A DNA stretch of 64,000 nucleotides from Verrucomicrobiales bacterium (GTDB lineage: Bacteria; Verrucomicrobiota; Verrucomicrobiia; Limisphaerales; JAYPXF01), in assembly GCA_038154405.1 (NCBI GenBank), contig JAYPXF010000001.1, positions 22,772-86,771 of the forward strand, written 5' to 3'. Shown here one piece after another: positions 19,779-27,931 of this stretch (position 1 is the stretch's first letter; each line of letters begins with the position of its first letter). The notes under the pieces were generated by a model that ran no database searches, was not told where the DNA came from, and saw only the letters and a program-made list of their open reading frames with translations. The translations under genes were made by a program, and so were the position numbers.

Positions 19779-20527
19779 GGCTTTACGTTCCTGGTTCTTT
19801 GTTCTTGGTACGGTTCGACTGGGCTCACCGCGGGCTTCGTTTGTGCGGCGATGACGGCTTGGCCCAAGGCGATGCCGCCGTCGTTGAGTGGCACCTGTTG
19901 CGGCCAGAAGACTTCGAACCCGTCGGATTGCAGACGTTCGATCGTGGCTTCCAGCAGGATGCGATTCTGGAAACATCCACCGGACAGCACAACTTTCTTC
20001 TCTCCGATTTGCTGCGCGAGCATGGCGATGTTCTCGACCAACCAAGCGTGGAATCGTTCGGCAATGGTGTGCACTTCCGTGCCGTCGCGCAGATCGGCCA
20101 ACACCGCGTTGAGCATCGGTTCCCAATCGATCGGTTGAGCGGTTTCGATCGGATACACATTCTCTGCCAATCGATTGCAGGCGAATTTCAACGCCATCGC
20201 CGCCTCGCCTTCGAAGGTGTTGAAAGGACACAGTCCGGTCAGCGCGGCAATGGCGTCGAACAGGCGGCCGATGCTCGATGTGCGCGGGCAGTTGGTTTCG
20301 GAACGAAGCATCGATCGACCTGTTTTAGATTCCGCGGTCGGCAGTTTGAGCAATTCAACGTCTTCGTCTGAGCAGCCGGCTTCATGCAACAATCCCAGCG
20401 CGGCGCGAACGCGGCCGACCAGTTCACTGGCGGGACGTTCTTCTCTTCCATCACGGCCGCGGCCGCCCTGTTGACCGCCGTTCCACGGAAAATAGGCGGC
20501 CTGCCAAAAGTTTCGCGGGCAATGCAG
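19634..20527 (-). pseudogene. hypF: 5'-truncated remnant of carbamoyltransferase HypF (C-terminal Kae1-like part only)
   Basis: The frame of ORF 19634..20392 is open up to an in-frame TAA at 20530-20528. It encodes HypF C-terminal blocks SSIGRLFDAIAALTGL, VVLSGGCFQNRILLE and PLNDGGIALGQAVIAA. The acylphosphatase, Zn-finger and YrdC parts (about 450 aa) are absent. The tail runs about 145 nt into hypC. Confidence 0.65.
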
Positions 20528-20814
20528 TTAGACCAGGACACCCAGGCAGCGCATTCGTTAAGATTTTATTGCCACAAAGGTCGCTTGGGATTCAGTGATG
20601 GAAATCCCGCCGGGTGCCGGGGGGCAATCCATTTCACCGTCGCCGCGCTACCGGGTTGACCCGATTGAACGGCAGAATCCTGCCCGACGTCCATTACCGG
20701 GATGTCATAGTTTTGTAAGGAGCGATATTCCGCGAAGACGTATTTGTTGAACTCCAATAAATGAACTGTGGCTCGGTCGAGAGACCGGCCACAGATGGAC
20801 AAGTTGCGGCGCGG

Positions 20815-21711
20815 CTACTTGTTGAGGAAGTAGCCGCGTTGTTTCTCGCTGATGGGAAGATTGAGGAGTTCCATCACGGCGAGCATGTCTTCCCAAACCT
20901 TGCGTTTTTCGACATGGCCGGTGCTCCGGAGAAGATAGGACGGATGGAACGTGGGCATGACCGGAATGTCGCGATAGGTCATCCAGGTTCCACGAAGTCG
21001 CGTGATGCCTTGCTGTGATTTGCCGAACAAGCCTTCCAACGCAGTTCCACCGAGGCCGATGATGACTTTCGGACGGATGATCTCGATCTGCGACGCGAGA
21101 TACGGAAGGCAGGTGGCCATTTCAGAAGGCGTCGGTTTACGATTACCGTAACGCTGCCCAGGTGTATCCGGGCGGCACTTCAACACGTTGCCAATGAAGA
21201 CGTCCTGCCGCTGCAACCCCATGGCGGCGATGATCTTGTCGAGCAGTTGACCCGCCTTGCCGACAAAGGGCTCACCCTTGGCATCCTCGTCCATTCCGGG
21301 CGCTTCGCCGACAAACATCAGATCCGTGTGAATGTTGCCCACGCCGAACACGACATTTCGCCTGGAACGAACCAGATGGTCACACTTTACGCACTGCAAC
21401 GCGCGATTCCTCAGATCTGCCATTGCCCGCTCTTTTTCCTCGCGGGACATGAGCGCGCCGCTCGGAGCGGGTGACGACGGCGGAGCCGGCTGCTCTGCAA
21501 CCGACGGAGTCGGTGAAGACTGCGGAGGAGAAACGGGCTTCTGTCTGGCTGGGGCGGGCGCAGGTCGTTCCTGCTGAGCGGGAGCCGGGGCCGCCAAGGG
21601 CTTAGCCAGAGCCGTGAGATTCGCCGGATCCAAATTGACATGCCTTACTCCGCGTGCCTTCTCCGCTTCGAGATGGCGGATGGTGGCATCGAGCAGCTCC
21701 GGATAATCCAT
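20815..21711 (-). CDS. uracil-DNA glycosylase family 4 with Pro-rich N-terminal extension
   Basis: Motifs VVFGVGNIHTDLMFVGEAPGMDEDAKGEPFVGKAGQLL, NVLKCRPD and MPTFHPSYLLR. Confidence 0.85.
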   Translation of the reverse strand: MDYPELLDATIRHLEAEKARGVRHVNLDPANLTALAKPLAAPAPAQQERPAPAPARQKPVSPPQSSPTPSVAEQPAPPSSPAPSGALMSREEKERAMADLRNRALQCVKCDHLVRSRRNVVFGVGNIHTDLMFVGEAPGMDEDAKGEPFVGKAGQLLDKIIAAMGLQRQDVFIGNVLKCRPDTPGQRYGNRKPTPSEMATCLPYLASQIEIIRPKVIIGLGGTALEGLFGKSQQGITRLRGTWMTYRDIPVMPTFHPSYLLRSTGHVEKRKVWEDMLAVMELLNLPISEKQRGYFLNK

Positions 21712-21806
21712 TTGCGGATCTTGGAAGCCGCATCGTATGGCCGAAAGCCTTTCTTACTCACAAATCCGACCTTCATAATTCATCTTTCATCACCCATCCT
21801 CATCCA

Positions 21807-22103
21807 ATGAATCGTCATTGCTGGAAATGCGGAACGGAATACACCCTAGATGGCCAACCTGGCCGGGGTGAATCCTGCGAAAAATGCCGGAGCGATCTGC
21901 GTGTTTGCAAGAACTGCGTCAGCTATGATCCGCGCGTCGCCGAGCAATGCCGCGATCGCCGCGCCGATCCGGTGACGGAGAAGCACATGGCGAACTTCTG
22001 CGAATGGTTTGAAATGGCGAAGCGGGAATTTGGAGGCGAGGAGGCCGAATCGGATCGGGCGTCCAAAGCCCGGGAAGACTTCAACAAGTTGTTCGGCGAC
22101 TAA
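21807..22103 (+). CDS. small zinc-ribbon protein (98 aa)
   Basis: ORF 21654..22103 trimmed to ATG 21807. Cys pairs: CWKCG, CEKC and CKNC, plus C..FC. Confidence 0.6.
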   Translation: MNRHCWKCGTEYTLDGQPGRGESCEKCRSDLRVCKNCVSYDPRVAEQCRDRRADPVTEKHMANFCEWFEMAKREFGGEEAESDRASKAREDFNKLFGD

Positions 22104-22348
22104 TCGGCGCTGCATGGTTCAAAACACGGTCATTTCCCGATCAATCACCCATAAGCCAAGCTTGGTTAATTATTCTGAATCATTTTCGGTCAAGTTTAAT
22201 CCGTTTAGGAATTCTAATCAAAAGGCAACCGTTATTCTACGTAGTCCTTTGGACTACAGAAAATGGTTTTTTCTCATAAAATGTGGCAGATTTAGATCGG
22301 GTATAATTGTTACAGTTGTAAGACTTTTTAATTTTCTCAAAAAACAAA

Positions 22349-22377
22349 TTGACGATCATTAGTTTATGTTGTTTAGT
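22349..22377 (+). promoter_or_regulatory. candidate sigma70-type promoter inside AT-rich island
   Basis: TTGACG (22349-22354), 17-nt spacer, TTTAGT (22372-22377). Other promoter-like hexamers occur nearby (TATAAT at 22302-22307), as expected in AT-rich DNA. Confidence 0.3.
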
Positions 22378-22383
22378 TCGCTC

Positions 22384-22568
22384 AACACAGGTTGGGGCCG
22401 CTAAAAAGCGGGTGAAGCAATTCATTTTTGTTCTTTGACGGATTTTAAAATTTGGATCGGGCCGGCACTGTCCGAATCAAAGCACCTCCTAATCCTACAT
22501 TAGTGCCTGTTTCTGAAAACTCCCCGGGGCTGTAGCGACTTCCCCCAAGTCGGCAGCCCCGGTTTTTT
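22384..22568 (+). ncRNA. candidate small RNA (~185 nt) ending at a strong intrinsic terminator
   Basis: No credible ORF. Bounded by the candidate promoter and the terminator at 22524-22568. An internal hairpin GGCACT (22464-22469)/AGTGCC (22502-22507) exposes CACCTCCT (22483-22490), identical to the 16S anti-SD core. The terminator loop is C-rich (cttccccca). Confidence 0.35.
22524..22568 (+). terminator. rho-independent terminator
   Basis: CCGGGGCTG-ta-g-CGACT-tccccca-AGTCG-g-CAGCCCCGG followed by TTTTTT (22563-22568). It lies about 420 nt downstream of the nearest + strand CDS. Confidence 0.7.
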
Positions 22569-22634
22569 GTACCGCGGCCCAGCCACACATTCAGCTTCCC
22601 GGGCTCCACGCGTTGGCTATGCTCCCGGCCGCAC

Positions 22635-23744
22635 ATGAAGTCTCTCAATACCGTGTTCACTGTTTTTGGCATCGTTGCCGGGATCGTGTTCGTGCTCAAA
22701 CTGATCCAAGGCAGTGAGAGTCCGGTAAAACTCCTCTTCAAGGCGGCCCTGTCCGCGCTGGTCATCTGGGTCTATTTCGATCTGAAGAAATCCGGCCCCT
22801 TCGGCATGCTTTTCTCCATCGCTGCCTTGTCCGGGCTGGCGGTGATCTGGTGGGCTGATGTCGGAGAGATGCTTGGCGGTGCGATCGCCGGCGGTTTCAC
22901 CGGAGGCGGTAAGGTGGATAAGACCGCGCTTTTGTCCAGGGTGGAGAGTCTGCGCAAGACAGGACGCTACGAAGAAGCTCTGGAGGAGGCACAGGTGCAA
23001 CTTGCGAAGTTCAAGAACGACTTCGACTGCTACATGATGATCGCGTCCATTCAGGCCGAGGACATGGGCAACCTGCCGATCGCACAGTCGCTCTTGGAGT
23101 CATTGATCGAGAACAACAAGAAGCTCGAACGCAAACAAGTTTCCTACGCTCTCAACTCATTGGCCGACTGGCAGCTGAAATACGGCAAGGATCCGGAAGC
23201 CGCCAAGGTGACCTTGCAACAGATCATTGAAAAGTATCCCGACACCCGCGCATCGCAGAGCGCCGAGAGCCGCATCGCCCACATGGCCAGCAAGGAATCC
23301 CTGGAGGCGTCTGACAAGCCCAAGGAAGGCAAGGTGATGCCCCAGTTCGAGCGTGACCTGGGCCTCAAGGGCAAGAAACTGCAAATGGAAGATCTCGTCC
23401 AAAAGGTGGATCCAAATGAACAGACCGATCAGTACCTCGCGCATTTGGAAGCCCATCCTAACGATTGGGACACGCGCGAGAAACTCGCGGCGCATTACAT
23501 CGAGCATTACCAGAATGTTCCCTGCGCCGTGGAGGAACTGGAGATCCTGATCAAATCCAAACTCGCCGGCAAAGAGGACAAATGCCGTTGGCTGCACCAG
23601 ATCGCCGACTGGCACACCAAGATCGCCAACGACCAGGAATCCGCCAAGGCCGCCTTGCAGCGCATCGTCGACAAATATCCGGGATCCGCCCATGCGACCC
23701 GGGCCGAACAGGCAATCCAATACCTCCGCGAATCCAAAGCGTAG
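22635..23744 (+). CDS. membrane-anchored tetratricopeptide repeat (TPR) protein
   Basis: 369 aa. Three N-terminal hydrophobic helices, then TPR-like helical repeats (RKTGRYEEALEEAQVQL..., IEKYPDTRASQSAESRIAHM, VDKYPGSAHATRAEQAIQYL). Confidence 0.75.
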   Translation: MKSLNTVFTVFGIVAGIVFVLKLIQGSESPVKLLFKAALSALVIWVYFDLKKSGPFGMLFSIAALSGLAVIWWADVGEMLGGAIAGGFTGGGKVDKTALLSRVESLRKTGRYEEALEEAQVQLAKFKNDFDCYMMIASIQAEDMGNLPIAQSLLESLIENNKKLERKQVSYALNSLADWQLKYGKDPEAAKVTLQQIIEKYPDTRASQSAESRIAHMASKESLEASDKPKEGKVMPQFERDLGLKGKKLQMEDLVQKVDPNEQTDQYLAHLEAHPNDWDTREKLAAHYIEHYQNVPCAVEELEILIKSKLAGKEDKCRWLHQIADWHTKIANDQESAKAALQRIVDKYPGSAHATRAEQAIQYLRESKA

Positions 23745-23967
23745 CTTTCAACAACGCGCCCGGTCGATCGAACATTGTTGGCCACAATGAATTCAAAAAG
23801 CGCATTGTCCGAAGGACCGATGTAGCAGCGAGGTGTCTCCAAGATCTGAGTAATGGTCAGGATGGAGCCGGTTCGACGGGGCTTACGACCAATCGACGCG
23901 CCCCACGATGTACACGTCACCCCTCGCTTGGTTGAGCCCCCTTTCAAATAGTCCTTGCATCAAAATC

Positions 23968-24001
23968 TACAAATGTAACTTCAATAAAAACTACATCTGT
24001 G
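23968..24001 (+). promoter_or_regulatory. two BlaI/MecI/CopY-type operator boxes (TACAnnTGTA)
   Basis: TACAAATGTA (23968-23977, perfect dyad) and TACATCTGTG (23992-24001), 7 nt upstream of ATG 24008 of the BlaI/CopY-like gene. Confidence 0.55.
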
Positions 24002-24007
24002 GATTCA

Positions 24008-24336
24008 ATGAAATACGTTCCTAAGATTTCAGAGAGTGTATGGGAGATGATGCAGTGCCTGTGGAAGCGCAATCCATGACTGCGCAGGAGATCACCGATG
24101 AGCTGGGGCAGCACCCCCAGACGTTCAAGACCTACCTCAGCCGCTTGGCAAAGATGGGTGCCGTCATGTTTCACCACCAAGGCCGAGCCTATATCTACCG
24201 GCCTCTCGTTCAGGAGAAGCACTGCCAGGCAGCAGAAAGCAGTTCGTTTCTCGACCGGGTGTTCGGCGGATCCGTGCACCTACACCTGAGTCACAGGGTC
24301 GAGAACGAGCAGCTCAGCGACGCAGAGATCGAATAA
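24008..24336 (+). pseudogene. BlaI/MecI/CopY-family winged-helix repressor, frameshifted and probably prematurely terminated
   Basis: ATG 24008 encodes MKYVPKISESVWEMMQCLWKRNP* (family-typical first helix). The rest (MTAQEITDELGQHPQTFKTYLSRLAKMGAVMFHHQGRAYIYRPLV...FLDRVFGG) is in the frame of ORF 24040..24336. One missing nucleotide at CCATGA (24074-24079) would join them. After TAA 24334-24336 the frame continues LRKLPRKQGRRRNK*, matching the usual family C-terminus. Confidence 0.65.
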
Positions 24337-24387
24337 CTGCGGAAACTACCGCGGAAGCAGGGGAGACGGAGGAACAAGTGAACGAGT

Positions 24388-24573
24388 TCATGCAGACATT
24401 GCCGGATTCCCCCGGCGCCGGCGACTCTCCTCGGCCATGCCCTCCAAACCGCGAGCGACAAAACGCTCCCGCCACTTATAGCCGGTCTTGCGGCTGATGC
24501 CGTGTTCCCGGCAGAGCTGACCGAAGTTTCCACAGTTCATGGCTTTCATGGCCAATTCAATACGTTGATCCAT
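24388..24573 (-). mobile_element. IS transposase N-terminal HTH fragment (IS481/IS3-like), catalytic domain missing
   Basis: MDQRIELAMKAMNCGNFGQLCREHGISRKTGYKWRERFVARGLEGMAEESRR..., then an abrupt stop. No DDE/integrase core follows. It abuts the 3' end of the BlaI-like pseudogene. Confidence 0.55.
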
Positions 24574-24791
24574 CTTTCGGGTTTCTTGCCATGGTATCTC
24601 AAAGCTTCGGAAATCCGAAACCACAAGGCCACGGTGTCACCCATGTTCTGAACCAACCATGTTACCCTTGTAGTGAACCTGCACCATCAGGAATGAAGGT
24701 ATTCCGTGCCAGCACTGATTGCCGATTACTGCTTGGTCCGCTCTACGCCCTCGCTTGCGTTGCTTCCGCCGAATGACCTACGCTGCGCGCG

Positions 24792-25913
24792 ATGCGGTTG
24801 TTGGACCGTTACTTGTTGAAGGAATTGATCGTCCCGGTGGCTTACGCCTTCGTGGGCTTCTATATTTTCTATGTTGCCTTCGATGTCTTCAACTACCTGC
24901 CCGCCTATCAGCAGAACAATCTCGGCGGTCGTGAGATTCTGCTGATCTGCCTCTATAAAACACCGGAATTTCTCGCCGAAGTTCTTCCGGTCGCCCTGCT
25001 GCTGGGAATGCTCTATGCGCTCTCACAGCATTCGCGAAACAACGAACTCGTCGCCATCCGCGCGGCCGGTGTGAACATCTGGCGACTGTCGGCGCCGTAT
25101 TTTTTCGTCGGTCTCTCCTTTTCACTCGGCTTGTTCGCGTCAAACGAATGGCTGATGCCCCGCGCCAAGCACGCCAAGGAAACCGTGATGCAGAGCAAGA
25201 TCGCCGATCCTCAGCGCAAGACCGACGAGCAATGGCGATCCAACATCAGTTTCAAGAATGATAGCGAACGGCGTTCGTGGAATATCGGCGCGTTCAATCT
25301 CATCACCTACAGCCTGCGGCGGGTGGACGTCGGCTGGACGGACGATTACGGCGGTCAGCATCGAATGTTCGCCGAGCAGGGCAAGCGTGAGAATGACCGC
25401 TGGGTCTTCGAAAACGTGGAGATGCATCAACCCGATGCCGCCAACTCGGGTTTCCCCTTGAAGATCATCACCAACCGGATGGTGATGCCCGGCTTTACCG
25501 AATCGCCGGAGCTGATCGCCAGCGAGATCAAGATCAGCTCCATGAGCAGCATGCGCATGGCCAAGCGCCCGCGCTTCAGCCTCAAGGAGATCCAAGATTA
25601 CCTGATGCTGCATCCCAAACTGACCGGACGCAAACTGGGTGAACTCACGACGCAATTTCACGGCCGACTGGCCTTGCCATGGAGATGTCTGATCGTCGTG
25701 TTGCTTGCCTTGCCGTTCGGTCTTTTGCCGGGTCGACGAAACGTGATGGTCGGTGTGGGCATGGCCATCGGGTTGGTGTTCTGCTTTCTGTTCCTCACCC
25801 GCCTTTCATTGGCCCTCGGCACGGGCGGACATTTCTCCGGATGGGTTGCCGGATGGCTTCCGTTGATTCTCTTTGGCGGCGGCGGTGCCTACCTGATCCG
25901 GCGCAATGCCTGA
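24792..25913 (+). CDS. LptF/LptG family LPS export permease
   Basis: MRLLDRYLLKELIVPVAYAFVGFYIFYVAFDVF... is the typical YjgP/YjgQ N-terminus. Six-TM layout with a periplasmic insert. Confidence 0.85.
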   Translation: MRLLDRYLLKELIVPVAYAFVGFYIFYVAFDVFNYLPAYQQNNLGGREILLICLYKTPEFLAEVLPVALLLGMLYALSQHSRNNELVAIRAAGVNIWRLSAPYFFVGLSFSLGLFASNEWLMPRAKHAKETVMQSKIADPQRKTDEQWRSNISFKNDSERRSWNIGAFNLITYSLRRVDVGWTDDYGGQHRMFAEQGKRENDRWVFENVEMHQPDAANSGFPLKIITNRMVMPGFTESPELIASEIKISSMSSMRMAKRPRFSLKEIQDYLMLHPKLTGRKLGELTTQFHGRLALPWRCLIVVLLALPFGLLPGRRNVMVGVGMAIGLVFCFLFLTRLSLALGTGGHFSGWVAGWLPLILFGGGGAYLIRRNA

Positions 25914-25918
25914 AAACG

Positions 25919-27640
25919 ATGGCGGATGACACCGACAACCTGCGTGCGGAACTCGAGCGAACCAGACTGCTCTACCAGGTGAGCAAGGTCATCCACTCGA
26001 CGCTGGATCCGCAGGAGGCGTTGCGACTCATCGTGGGCGAGGCGGTGAAGGCGATGGGTGCCAGCAGCGGTTCGGTTGTGCTGATCAATCCCACCACCGG
26101 TTTCCTTGAGATCAACGCGGCCCACGGTCTTCCCGCGGACGCCGCGGACCTGCGCTTGCAACAGAATGAGGGCATCACCGGTTGGGTCGTTCGTCATGGA
26201 AAGCCCGTCCGGGTCGGCAACGTGTCCGAAGATCCTCGTTACATTGCCCTGTCCCCCACCGTACAGTCGGAACTGGCCGTTCCCCTCAAAGTAGGCGACG
26301 AGGTGCGCGGCACTTTGAATCTCGATTCCGACCGGGCGGACGCCTTCAGCGCGGAGGATCAGTCCATGTTGGAAGAACTCGGAGAGCAGGCCGCCACTGT
26401 CATTCACAACACCTGGCTCCATGAACAGCTGCGCATGAAGGCGCGCCTGTTCGAAGCCCTGCTCAAGATTGGTCAGGCGATCAACTCCACGTTGAACCTC
26501 GACGACACCCTGCAGGTCGTCACCCGCGAATCCGTGCAGCTCATGAACGCCCGCATGTCCTCGCTCATGCTGCTCGACGACGCGGGTGATCTGCTCGAAC
26601 TCAAGGCCAGCCACGGTGCCGGCGAAGCCTATCTGGATCGAGAACCGGTAAGTGTGAATGAAAGCCTCATCGGTACGGTTATCCGCCGCCGCAAGCATGT
26701 ACAGGACGAAGACGTTCAAAACTCCGGACGCTACCAGGCCAGCCTGTTGGCCAAAGACGAAGGATTGGTGTCACTGCTCAGTGTGCCGCTCATCTTCAGC
26801 GATCGCGCCATCGGGGTGTTGAACGTGTACACCGGTAATGCGCACGTGTTTCCAGATGAGGAGGTCCGCATCCTCTCCACCTTGGCGAACCTCTCCGCCG
26901 TCGCCATTGAGAAGGCGCGGCTCTACGAACGCATCGTTGACGTCGAGGAGCAGTTGCGGGCGAGCGAGCAGCTTTCTGCCATTGGTCTCCTCGCGGCCGA
27001 AGTCGCCCACGAGATCCGCAATCCGTTGACGGTGATGAAGATGCTTTATCACTCGCTCGACCTAAAGTTCGACGCGGACGATCCCCGTTCGCAGGATGCG
27101 AAGATCATGGGTGAAAAGATCGAGCTGCTGGGCCGCATTGTCGAGCAGATCCTCGACTTCGCCCGCCGCTCCGATCCGCAGCTGCAAGAGGTGAACATCA
27201 ACCAGCTCGTGGAAGATCTCGGACTGCTCACCCGTCACAAGCTGAAGGCGCAGTCGATCCAACTCGAACGTGATCTAGATTTCGACATCCCCGAAATCAT
27301 GGCGGACGCCACCCAGCTTGAGCAGGCATTCCTCAACCTCACACTGAACGCCGCCCAGGCGATGACCGATGGTGGTCAGCTGCGCATTACCACCGAAGCC
27401 CGGGAGGATGGCGTGCAGATCCGTTTTGAAGACAATGGCCCCGGCATGGATGAACGCACGCAACGCGACGCCTTCTCGTCCTGGTTCACCGCCGACAAGA
27501 AAGACGGCACCGGTCTCGGCCTCGCCATCGTCGCCCGCGTCGTCGAAGCCCACGGCGGCCGTATCGCTATTGACAGCAGGGAAGGCGAAGGCAGCACCTT
27601 CACCCTCGACCTCCCCGCCAAACCACCCGAACGCGGATGA
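25919..27640 (+). CDS. cytoplasmic sensor histidine kinase with two GAF domains
   Basis: ORF 25679..27640 trimmed to ATG 25919 (MADDTDNLRAELERTRLLYQVS). Two GAF-like blocks. H-box EVAHEIRNPLTVM. HATPase blocks (LNLTLNAAQAM, DNGPGM, GTGLGLAIV). No response regulator adjacent. Confidence 0.85.
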   Translation: MADDTDNLRAELERTRLLYQVSKVIHSTLDPQEALRLIVGEAVKAMGASSGSVVLINPTTGFLEINAAHGLPADAADLRLQQNEGITGWVVRHGKPVRVGNVSEDPRYIALSPTVQSELAVPLKVGDEVRGTLNLDSDRADAFSAEDQSMLEELGEQAATVIHNTWLHEQLRMKARLFEALLKIGQAINSTLNLDDTLQVVTRESVQLMNARMSSLMLLDDAGDLLELKASHGAGEAYLDREPVSVNESLIGTVIRRRKHVQDEDVQNSGRYQASLLAKDEGLVSLLSVPLIFSDRAIGVLNVYTGNAHVFPDEEVRILSTLANLSAVAIEKARLYERIVDVEEQLRASEQLSAIGLLAAEVAHEIRNPLTVMKMLYHSLDLKFDADDPRSQDAKIMGEKIELLGRIVEQILDFARRSDPQLQEVNINQLVEDLGLLTRHKLKAQSIQLERDLDFDIPEIMADATQLEQAFLNLTLNAAQAMTDGGQLRITTEAREDGVQIRFEDNGPGMDERTQRDAFSSWFTADKKDGTGLGLAIVARVVEAHGGRIAIDSREGEGSTFTLDLPAKPPERG

Positions 27641-27646
27641 TCAGAT

Positions 27647-27852
27647 GGAGGGAATCGCTCCGTCGATTCCGCCTCTCAACGAAAACCCGGAGGAGAATCT
27701 CCTGTCTGTGGGGCAAAATCATGGGCGACAGAATGAAGATTCAGAAAATGATTCTGCCCCCATCCCGGTGATGTCTGAGTGAGACAACCACGGAACACAT
27801 TAAAGGCGGAGGAATAATCCTTGTTTCAGTGTGTTCTGTGATTTCCGTGGTT
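27647..27852. repeat. structured intergenic region: post-stop hairpin repeat plus two further inverted repeats
   Basis: 27647-27672 GGAGGGAATCGCTCCGTCGATTCCGC (copy also at 40090-40115). IR GGGGCAAAATCAT (27710-27722)/ATGATTCTGCCCC (27748-27760). IR AACCACGGAACACA (27786-27799)/TGTGTT..CCGTGGTT (27830-27852). Confidence 0.45.
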
Positions 27853-27931
27853 GAATTCTGGTCTTCTTCCCCGGTCTCGCGTTCTGTTGCGAGCGTGCGA
27901 GAATCGGGCCACCGATAGAGGTGACGGACGA

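Noticed and set aside
20566-20802. 78-aa minus-strand ORF between the UDG gene and the hypF remnant
   Set aside because: No recognisable motif. It could be a scrambled piece of the deleted hypF 5' region or spurious, and I cannot support either.
22009-22425. Small ORFs inside the AT-rich island (22009..22362 +, 22237..22425 -)
   Set aside because: Lys/Asn/Phe-rich translations driven by AT composition. The first overlaps the zinc-ribbon gene out of frame. There are no motifs, and the region is better explained as non-coding.
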